In this document: positions 54,761 through 64,000 of the stretch, in pieces
How positions within the stretch are numbered: position 1 is the first letter of the stretch
How the letters are laid out: the number at the start of each line of letters is the position of its first letter
Origin: Mustelus asterias
Taxonomy: Eukaryota
Length of the DNA: 64,000 nt
Assembly: GCF_964213995.1 (NCBI RefSeq)
Contig: NC_135808.1
Span: forward strand, 65,596,001 to 65,660,000
Direction: 5' to 3'
Program-made: the position numbers and the translations under genes
The notes under the pieces: model-generated
The model's database searches: none
Seen by the model: only the letters and a program-made list of their open reading frames with translations
Told to the model about the DNA's origin: nothing

Positions 54761-56936
54761 CAATGTGCAATAAACTCGCCTTTTGAATTCATCCTACCTC
54801 GGGTTTTTGTGGGCTTATTAATAGGAATTGGATCACACAAGAATCAGAGGAGTTGGGAAATTCGCCACCACTTATTAAAATGGAAAAAAATCAAAAGTCC
54901 TTTTTGTTTATGGATGGTTGGGGAGAAGAAACCCCAACTCCCCCCACACCCACACACTCCATCTGTAACGATGGGAAGATGACTAAGAATGCAATTTTCA
55001 GCTCTTCAACAGAAACTACAATCTAATACTAGTGCAGATGATCATGAGAGAATTCAAAAGTGTGAGGAACAACAGGGAAACAAACAGCCTCATAGTTTCA
55101 ATTCCAGACACAAAACACAGAACTTAAAATTGTTACAGCCCGGGGAAAGAATATGGAAATGAGACCAACAGAGCGAAAGTATAATAAATTGAAGGATTTC
55201 CACAACCAAGTTCTTATACAGTTCAGATGGATAAAAAGGGAAATATAGAGAGAAATGGAAAAGCCTTGATATCCTTGGAAAGGTAGCCAGCAGAAACACG
55301 GGCTTACTATTCAGACAGGGAAGAAGATAAGGGACAAGAAGCCATACAAAGCTCTGCAAGCACCCTGGAGAGAGAGAGAGAGAGGGAGAGACACTCGTAT
55401 CGAACGAAGAGAGTCCACATAGACCTCAACCCTCAGAAAGTAATCACAACAAGATCAGGAAAATTTGTCAAGGCACTTCAGAGACTAACCTTATGTTTAG
55501 CTAGTATAAACTAGGAGGATGTAACATCTGCTGATATAACCATGATGCAATGACTGAATAATAGTAATCTGGAGGGAAGAAGTCCAACCTGAGAGGTACA
55601 TAGAGCTGTAAGTAAATAATAACGCTTTATGTGAAATACAGTAGCTTCCTTAGGGAAATAGCCAAACCCTAAAGAACCCGATCTGGACCCCGAACATTTG
55701 AGACTCAGCTTGAGATTTTCCTGCTATGTTGCAAAATGAAAGATGATCTGCCAAATTTCCCCACCTGCATTGTGCATTGAAAATGGCCATGTGGGTGAAG
55801 TAAAGAAGGACAAAGAATGCAAGTTGTTCTCTGAACAAGTCATTGTCTTCCTGAGAGGAGGGCTAAATGTGTATTGAGGTACGTCAGGCACTGCATTTGC
55901 TTGGTTTTCAACCTGTGAACATTGATATAAAATCAAGCACAATGAGTAGGTAATGAAAGTGTCATGTGTGGCATGGGGTGTATTGCCCTGATCCAACACT
56001 ATGCTGAAAGACTTGGTAAGGGGCCAGAGAATTTGCATGTACTTTAGATAAGGCAAAGGAACTATAATTGTGAAGTCATATCTGATCGTTTGAATACGTT
56101 AGAAGTCTAGTTAGAGCGTAACCAGCTCTGAATTGACATCAAGGGCACCAAAGTTGGATGAGGGGAATTTACCACCATCCAGATAACTTTGTTAGACACC
56201 GTCAATACTGCTGAAATACCAGCCAGTCATATCTGTGTTTTACAACGTTGTGTTTACGAGTTGGCGTTGTTATGTAGAAAATGCCTGTGGAGTTACTTCA
56301 ATGCTCATTCCCATTCTTTGAGCTAGTTTGTCCTCGGGGCCTTATGTGGCCTCCTCATCAAAACAAAGCCAGTTTCGGGTCAGAAACTGAAATGCCTCAG
56401 GTAGGCAGTAAAAGTTCTAATCTTAAGACTGATATTGAGTGTGCTGTAGATTTCATCTTCCCTCTTACTTTTGTTCTCTCGAAGGAAAGGATTCGATTCT
56501 CACAGGATTTTATAAAACTATTCTGTTGTACCACAGGGTCAATTTTACAAGTACACACTACTCACTACAAGGGAGAAATCTTGGGCCCATTGTGTAATAC
56601 ATGTAGTGTAAACATGCTGCCTGTGATTTGCGGCAGCACATACTTGGGAAAGTGGCCTGGACTTGTTAACTTTAACAATAGGGGCAAACAAAATGTGTAA
56701 CAAAGATTCACTCATAGTTTGTTGGATTGTGCCCCAATCTCAGGTGAACATTTTCTGCCATACTTTTAACTTCTCTTTCTAATTTCCACTCCAACCATCA
56801 TGTCAATTTAATTCCAGTATTGTGCTGTGTGCACACCCTACACAGAGTAAGTGAGATGGCTCAAAATGTTTCACAGGATTGGACTTTCTCACATCATTGA
56901 CGGTCCTGAACCTGAACCCAGATCCCAAAGGCAATT

Positions 56937-57237
56937 CAGATTTATTTATTAGTGTCACAAGTAGGTTTACATTAACACTGCAATGAAATTACTGTGAAAA
57001 TCCTCTAGTCGCCACACTCTGGCGCCTGTCCAGCTACACTGAGGGAGAATTTAGCATGGCCAATGCACCTAACCAGCATGTCTTTCAGACTATGGGAGGA
57101 AACCGGAGCACCCAGAGAAAACCCACGCAGACACGGGGAGAACGTACAGACTCCGCACAGACAGTGACCCAAGCCAGGAATCGAACCCAGGTCCCTGAAC
57201 CTGTGAGGCAACAATGCTAACAATTGTGCCACCATGG
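56937..57237 (-). mobile_element. V-SINE variant with a non-CR1 tail
   Basis: HE1-like head and V-domain, but the 3' end reads ttttcacagtaa.ttcattgcagtgttaatgtaa.cctacttgtgacactaataaa. Relatives at 47466-47722(-) and 39068-39209(+). Confidence 0.85.
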
Positions 57238-57459
57238 GGGAACTGAACATGCCACACCACGTACACTATCTACAAAGCTTTTTATTACCTAAAGGATTTT
57301 GTACAAATTACAATAAAATGGTTATAGGGAAGAGGTAAGTTTAGAATTTCATTTCTAATTCTTAAAGGGAATACACACATTTTGAGAATTCAGTATACAA
57401 TCTACGCAGGGGAAGGCATGGCAAGAAATGAAACTGAATGGACCATATGGCATTGACTT

Positions 57460-58183
57460 AGGGGGAGGCAATGGGGTACTGGTATTATCACTGGACAAAT
57501 ATTCCAGAAATCTAGGTTAATGCTCTCGGGACCCGGGTTCAAATCTCACCACGGTAGATGTTGAAATTTCTGGAGTTAAAAAAAAGTCTAATGATGACCA
57601 TTGCTGATTGTTGTAAAACGTCATCTGCCCTTTAGTGAAGGAAATCTGCCACCCTTACCTGGTCTGGCCTCCATATGGCTCCTGATCCATTGCAATGTGA
57701 TTCACTCTTACACAAATCCCCTCTGAAATGGTTCAGCAAACCACTCAGTTCAAGGGATGGACAATAAATGCTGGTCCAGCCAGCGATGCCCACACCCTCT
57801 GAGCAAATTTTTAAAAAAAGACAATGGCAAACTCAGTCCTGTCAACTGTGTAAAGACCTCCTTACTAACGTCTGGGGGCTGGTGGTCCAAACCCACGACT
57901 ATTGCCATCTAAAAGGACAAAGACAGCAGATATATGGGAACACATTCCAAGTCACTCACCATCCTGACTTGGAAACATGTCACTATTCCTTCACTGTTGC
58001 TGGACCAAAATCCTGGAACTCCATCCCAACAGCACTTTGGGTGTACCTATACCACACGGACTGCAGTGATGCAAGAAGGCAGCTCACCATCACCTTCTCA
58101 AGGGTAATTAGGGATGGGCAATTAATGCTGGCCTAACCAGCAATGCCCACATCCAATTATTCAATGGATGAATAAAGAAAAAG
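57460..58183 (+). mobile_element. SINE family B copy followed by a LINE 3' end with the same tail
   Basis: SINE at 57460-57820, then LINE C-terminal sequence (KSWNSIP) ending in a second gggca.t.aatgctggcc..ccagc.atgcccac tail at 58115-58155. Confidence 0.75.
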
Positions 58184-58284
58184 TTCTGGTTGTTTTTACA
58201 CACGCCTGAAGTTACATTTTGCTGAAGTTCAGGATAACTTAATATGGGTGGGGGTTTTGTTGATTGTTCCTTTCTGACCAACTG

Positions 58285-58367
58285 CGAGAGAGAGAGTGTG
58301 TGTGTGCGTGTGCATGTGTGTGCGTGTGTGTGTGCATGTGTGTGCGTGCGTGCATGTGTGTATGCAC
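58285..58367. repeat. Compound (GA)n/(GT,GC)n microsatellite
   Basis: gagagagagagtgtgtgtgtgcgtgtgcatgtgtg..., an alternating purine-pyrimidine tract. Confidence 0.95.
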
Positions 58368-59582
58368 GAGGGGCATCTACATCATGTGGGTTGTTGAAAA
58401 GGTCTCTGCTCTCCAAGTTGCAGGCAGAGTTCCTTTGTTATCAACTCTTTGCAGACTGATTTTGTCGCACAGATATTTCTCCCATATGTTGTGGGGACGA
58501 TGGTGTGTTCCACAATGGAGAAGTGGATCTCCTGTAGGGAGGAGTGTCCATGGCACTAGCTGTCTGGTGCAAGATGCGGCAATTCTGGACAAGCCTAACA
58601 TGGTACACGCTTGGGTGCGATCATAAGGTCATCTGAATCCAGGCCAAGAGTGATTAAACGCAGCACGTGTCCTGACAGGGTCCTTCTAGTCACAGTGGAG
58701 GGTTTGTACAGTCCACATCAAATGCATTTTCCAGCCATTGTGGTAGCTAAGAAGTGATATGAGGCCGGTTGTTGTAGCACTGGTTTGAGTGGAACACAAT
58801 GGGCAAAAGTCGGACAGAATCAAAGAACAAAGGACAAAGAACATTGTTATAGAATCTGTTTCCATCACCTCCTCCAGCAGCTGAAATTGGGTAAAGTGCA
58901 AGAATCACACTGTTAGTGTCTGGCACGTCTTCTGAATAAGTGGACCTCAAAGGGCTGCCTTTCACAGTTGAAGCACTGAACAAACTAATGTCCACAATCG
59001 GCAGTTTCCCATCCCGCCCGCCACGGGACTCATAGTGAGCGGGACAAGACCATGCAAAGGTCCGTGGACCTTGAGCGGGAATTTCCAGCCTCACTTGCCT
59101 CAAGACCGGAAAATCCCAAAGTCTGATAAGTGTTTTGATCCTTTTCTGAATAATTTGCTGGAGATTTTAAATCCTGGTGATGCCACAAAGGAAGATTCCC
59201 TTCTTTAGATTTGCAAGAGTTTGCTTCGGTCCATGTGTGGAATAGCCGGCGAAGGCTGGTGAAAAGAGCAAACACAGTCTCACTCACCCACTGGTCGCGG
59301 GAACAGATGGTAAAGACATTTTCTGGATCAGGAGGATTGCCAGGGTGGAAATCTCTAAAGTTCGCCAACGTCTAATAACTTAATGATGAATAGCAGCATT
59401 AATGGCTTAATGATGAATAGCAGCAAGAGCTCACCCTTGAACTTCACCGAGAGAACTTACAAAGCGCTGAGGCTAAGTTCTGTTTGAAGAAGTGTGTTAC
59501 TCTGCCAACATTCCAACCTACATCCTCAGTTTATATGTACCCATGGGAAAATGGAATCCAGAGGGAAAGGTCCATCTTGTTT

Positions 59583-59930
59583 CACGGTGGTTAGCACTGC
59601 TGCCTCACAATGCCAGGGACTTGGGTTTGATTCCGGCCTTGGGTGACTGTGCAGAGTTTGCACGTTCTCCCCATATCTGCATGGGTTTCCTCCGGGTGCT
59701 CTGGTTTCCTCCCACAGTCCAAAGGTGTGCAGGTTAGGTGGATTGGCCATGCTAAATTGCCCCTTAGTGCCCCAAGATGTGTAGGTTAAGTGGATTATCC
59801 ATGGTAAATGAGTGACATTACAGGGATAGGGCAGAGGGGAGGGCCTGGGCGGGATGCTGTTTTGGAGAGTCAGTGCAAACTCGATAGGCCAAAGGGCCTC
59901 TTTCTGCACTTTAGGGATAGTATGGTTCTA
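59583..59930 (+). mobile_element. HE1-type V-SINE
   Basis: tRNA head (gtggttagcactgctgcctcaca), V-domain gggtttcctccgggtgctctggtttcctcccacagtccaaa and a CR1-derived tail. Confidence 0.88.
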
Positions 59931-60035
59931 CATTTCCATGATGTGGAGATGCCGGCGTTGGACTGGGGTAAACACAGTAAGAAGTTTAACAACACCAGGT
60001 TAAAGTCCAACAGGTTTATTTGGTAGCAAAAGCCA

Positions 60036-60072
60036 CACAAGCTTTCGAAGCTCTAAGCCCCTTCTTCAGGTG
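60036..60072 (-). ncRNA. Minimal hammerhead ribozyme motif (left pLTR)
   Basis: Exact reverse complement of 60792-60828. Confidence 0.75.
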
Positions 60073-60281
60073 AGTGGGAATTCTGTTCACAAACAGAGTT
60101 TATAAAGACACAGACTCAATTTACATGAATAATGGTTGGAATGCGAATACTTACAACTAATCAAGTCTTTAAGAAACAAAACAATGGGAGTGGAGAGAGC
60201 ATCAAGACAGGCTAAAAAGATGTGTATTGTCTCCAGACAAGACAGCCAGTGAAACTCTGCAGGTCCAGGCAACTGTGGGCG

Positions 60282-60572
60282 TTACAAATAGTGTGACATG
60301 AACCCAATATCCCGGTTGAGGCCGTCCGCGTGTGTGCGGAACTTGGCTATCAGTTTCTGCTCAGCGACTCTGCGCTATCGTGTGTCGCGAAGGCCGCCTT
60401 GGAGAACGCTTACCCGAATATCAGAGGCCGAATGCCCGTGACCGCTGAAGTGCTCCCCAACAGGAAGAGAACAGTCTTGCCTGGTGATTGTCGAGCGGTG
60501 TTCATTCATCCGTTGTCGCAGTGTCTGCATAGTTTCCCCAATGTACCATGCCTCGGGACATCCTTTCTTGCA
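60282..60572 (-). pseudogene. Penelope GIY-YIG endonuclease C-terminal fragment
   Basis: Translates CKKGCPEAWYIGETMQTLRQRMNEHRS...PVGEHFSGHGH...RDTR*RRVAEQKLIAKFRTHADGLNRDIGFMSHYL*. It has the YIG motif, CCHH residues and GLN end, with one in-frame TAG. Confidence 0.9.
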
Positions 60573-60791
60573 GCTGCAAGTTGCCTGAGGCCTGCAGAGA
60601 CCTGCAGAGTTTCACTGGCTGTCTTGTCTGGAGACAATACACATCTTTTTAGCCTGTCTTGATGCTCTCTCCACTCCCATTGTTTTGTTTCTTAAAGACT
60701 TGATTAGTTGTAAGTATTCGCATTCCAACCATTATTCATGTAAATTGAGTCTGTGTCTTTATAAACTCTGTTTGTGAACAGAATTCCCACT

Positions 60792-60828
60792 CACCTGAAG
60801 AAGGGGCTTAGAGCTTCGAAAGCTTGTG
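60792..60828 (+). ncRNA. Minimal hammerhead ribozyme motif (right pLTR)
   Basis: Reads CAC-CUGAAGA-A-GGGGCU-UAG-AGCUUC-GAA-AGCU-U-GUG. Confidence 0.75.
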
Positions 60829-61587
60829 TGGCTTTTGCTACCAAATAAACCTGTTGGACTTTAACCTGGTGTTGTTAAACTTCTTACTGTGTCTACATTT
60901 CCAGCCAGTACATCACTTATTCCCAATGGGACCAGCCAACCTGCAAACCATCAGATTTTGGTGGCCAGGGGTAACAAGGATACAATGACCTAAAAGCAAT
61001 GGGCTACTGAATTATTTCCATTTGAACACATTTGTATTGACACTCGTCAGTCAGCCACTATCCTGGGTGAGGTATCAGCTTAGATTGTACAAGGTGCTCA
61101 GCACATAAGGATTGTATCTGTACACCACCTTTCATTAACTCAGGACATCCCATGGCCAGTGAAGGACTGCCAATGTTGTAATGTAGGACAAATGGAACAA
61201 CACTGGCAGGTGAAGAAATTGGTCACCATGAGACATGGGCAGTGATACAATGCTGTAATTCTTTCTGATCAAAGTAATGCTCACTTTAATAACATTGATA
61301 CCCTGGAGGTGAAGCTTGTCTGTTGGTTGTGTTTGACTAATTTCATGGCTACTTCCCAAAAACATATTTTCTGGCATGTTTTGGTAGCTGTAGATAGAGG
61401 TTTTTGTTTGAAGGAACAATGCTAGACCCAACAGGATAGCCAGCTATCTTCTTGAGGATGCTGCGACTGACAGTTAAAGAAAGAAATAACTTGCATTTAT
61501 ATAATGCATTTCACAACTACAGGATGCTCCAAAGCACTAAACAGTATAGTCACTGTTGAAATGTAGGAAAAAATAGGAAATGTAGAG

Positions 61588-61927
61588 AGGCATGATGGCA
61601 CAGTGGTTAGCATTGCTGCCTCACAGCTCCAGGGACCTGGGTTCAATCCCGGCCTTGGTCACTGTCTGTGTGGAGTTTGCACGTTCTTCCCGTGTCTGCG
61701 TGGGGTTCCTCCGGGTGCTCCAATTTCCTTCCACTCTCTAAAGATGTGCAGGTTAGGTGGATTGGCCATGATAAATTGCCCCTTATCATCCCAGATGTGA
61801 GAGATTAGCCATATAAATGTGTGGGGTTATGGGGGAGAGGGCCTGGGTAAGATACTGAGTCAGAGTCAGTGCAGACTCGATGGGCCGAATGGCCTCTTCT
61901 GGACTGTAGGGATTCTATGATTCTATG
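61588..61927 (+). mobile_element. HE1-type V-SINE
   Basis: Full head, V-domain and CR1 tail gtgcagactcgatgggccgaatggcc...(attctatg)n. Confidence 0.9.
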
Positions 61928-62135
61928 AAACACTATAGCCAATTTGCACACAGCAAGCTCCCACGAACACCAATATGATATTGTCCAGGGCACTCCCTTT
62001 GCTATTCCACAGCCTTGTGCTGTGGGATCTTTTGCAGCCATTCAAGAGGTCTGGAGGCCTTAGTTTAGCATCTTATCCAAAAACTGACACCTTTGACAGT
62101 GCAGCACTCTCTCAGCACTATACTGAATTAAATCT

Positions 62136-62510
62136 GGGCGGCATGGTAGCATAGTGGTTAGCACTGCTTCTTCACAGCTCCAGGGACCTGGGTTCGATTC
62201 CCGGCTTGGGTCTCTGTCTGTCCGGAGTTTGCACATTCTCCCCGTGTCTGCGTGGGTTTCCTCCGGGTGCTCCGGTTTCCTCCCACAGTCCAAAGATGTG
62301 CGGGTTAGGTTGATTGGCCAAGCTAAATTGCCCCTTAGTGTCCCGGGATGCGTAGATTAGAGGGACTTGCGGGTAAATATGAGGATTAGAGGGATTAGCA
62401 GGTAAATATGTAGGGATATGGGGATAGGGCCTGAGTGGGATTGTTGTCGGTGCAGACTCGATGGGCCAAATGGCCTCTTTCTGCACTGTAGGGGTTCTAC
62501 GGTTCTATGG
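62136..62510 (+). mobile_element. HE1-type V-SINE
   Basis: A-box tagcatagtgg, B-box ggttcgattcc, V-domain and CR1 tail. Retained CpGs suggest a young copy. Confidence 0.9.
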
Positions 62511-63184
62511 TTTTTGATTAGGACAGGTGTAAATGTTGTCCATCTTCATAAAGATGACTGTGACAACTTAAATTACAGTCGTCAACAATTGGCAGATGCA
62601 AATCCCACCCACCAATTGTCCAAAAACAATGGGAAAATTGGAAGCCTGAGATCGAATCGGAAACCCACACAAGCTTGGTGAAAATGGACAATTTCTATCC
62701 TCTGAGCAAGGAACAAACCAAAGTTCTGTTCAACCAATGTTCCTTCACGCAGCTAATCAGTGCTGGTATTCCTGACACAATCAATTTTGGAGTTGGATCT
62801 TACAGGTATTTCCATGCAACATGCAAATTTCCTGGAAATGACAATCACATTTGGTATCAAATGGACATTTTTGAACTCAATCACAGAGAGGTCAGAACTG
62901 TATTTGTGTGTAAACTAGTTACCGATACAGCTCTCCTCTGACTGTTTAATTAAAATCCCTGCTCACTGATATGTATTATCCTGTCACTCAGATTTGATAA
63001 TATTTAATGATGACAGAGTGCATCTTGTCCCCTGTTCATCTATATTTATAATTCTGGGATCTCACTGTGACTTTTAAAACAAGTTTTCAAATGAACAACA
63101 ATATCTAAACCAAACCAGAACGTGAAAAAGCAAATAAAAGAGAAAGTAACAAGGAGTGATTAAGGTGAATGGAAACACACACAG

Positions 63185-63850
63185 CAACACAGAAAATAGG
63201 AGCAGGTGTAGGCCATTCGGCCCTTGAAACCTGCCCTGCCATTCATTATGATCATGGCCGATCATCTAACCTGTTCTACCTTTCCCACATATCCTTTGAT
63301 CCCTTTAGCCCCAAGAGTTATATCTCACTCCTTTTTGAAAGCTTACAATGTTTTGGCCTCAACTGCTTCCTGTGGTAGAGAATTCCACAGGCTGACCACT
63401 CACCGGGTGAAGAAGGTTCTCTTCATCTCAGTCCTAAATGGTTTACCCCATATCCTTAGACTGTGACCCCCCCCCCCCCCCCCCCCCACCCCTGGTTCTA
63501 GACTCCCCTGCCATCAGGAACATCCTTTCTGCATCTACCCTGTCAAGTCCTGCTAGAATTTTATAGGTTTGTATGAAGTCACCCCTCATTCTTCTAAACC
63601 CAGCGAATATAATCTTAACCGATTCAATCTCTCCTTAGACATCAGTCCCACCATCCGAGGAATCAGTCTGGTAAACCTTCGCTGAACTGCCTCCATAGCA
63701 ATAATATCCTTTCTCAGATAAGGAGACCAAAACTGCACACAATATTCCAGGTGTGGTTTCAGCAAGGCCCTGTATAAGACATCCCTGCTCCTATACTTGA
63801 ATCCTCTTGCTACGAAGGTGAAGATATCATTTGCCTTCTTCACCGCTTGC
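63185..63850 (-). mobile_element. CR1 LINE 3' fragment
   Basis: The ORF at 63586-63843 reads LYRALLKPHLEYCVQFWSPYLRKDI.AMEAVQRRFTRLIP; CR1 3' UTR at about 63185-63260. Confidence 0.92.
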
Positions 63851-64000
63851 TGCGTAGATACCTTTAAGGTGAGGATAGATCACTAAGTGTGGGCGGACGT
63901 GTTGATAATGTTAGAGGGAGAGGACGAGGAGGAGACTGATTTGATGCATTAAAAAAAGATAAAATGTCCCTGTGGTCCATAAGCAGCTCTCTCTCCTCTT

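Larger units (their letters stand above)
59939..60891 (-). mobile_element. Young Penelope-like element with inverted pLTR and GIY-YIG endonuclease fragment
   Basis: Essentially identical ~290-bp inverted arms (59973-60264 and 60600-60891) with a tail extension at 59939-59972. A 12-bp TSD tctacatttcca sits at 59927-59938 and 60892-60903. Confidence 0.92.

Noticed and set aside
58108-58626. His/Thr- or Cys/Val-rich ORFs
   Set aside because: They are translations of the (GT/GC)n microsatellite.
59379-59425. Box C-like ATGATGA motifs suggesting a snoRNA
   Set aside because: They come from a simple 20-bp local duplication (cttaatgatgaatagcagca twice), with no convincing terminal stem or guide.
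62136-62210. tRNA gene
   Set aside because: The A/B boxes belong to the tRNA-derived head of an HE1 SINE and continue into the V-domain.

Overview
Eukaryotic, repeat-rich genomic DNA, most likely from a shark or other elasmobranch (inferred from HE1/V-SINE-type, Deu-domain SINE, CR1 and Penelope content). The only gene I can confidently identify is the 3' half of VAMP4 on the + strand: four coding exons at 18762-18862, 24033-24112, 34015-34066 and 34690-34718, encoding the R-SNARE coil, the transmembrane helix and the stop. I did not find its 5' exons in the window. The rest is intronic or intergenic, with CR1, RTE, L2 and Rex/Babar LINE fragments, several SINE families, Harbinger-type MITEs, a decayed Gypsy element and a 31-bp minisatellite containing an inverted block. 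The most notable item is a 315-bp poly(A)-tailed element (28971-29285) that begins exactly at nucleotide 1 of U2 snRNA. It carries a second U2 stem-loop-I copy and a duplicated stem-loop module whose middle stems differ in sequence but both pair, making it a candidate U2-headed SINE or structured RNA. Also notable are two palindromic Penelope-like insertions with 12-bp target-site duplications that carry minimal hammerhead ribozyme motifs. Repeat boundaries are approximate, and family names come from recognition rather than a database search.
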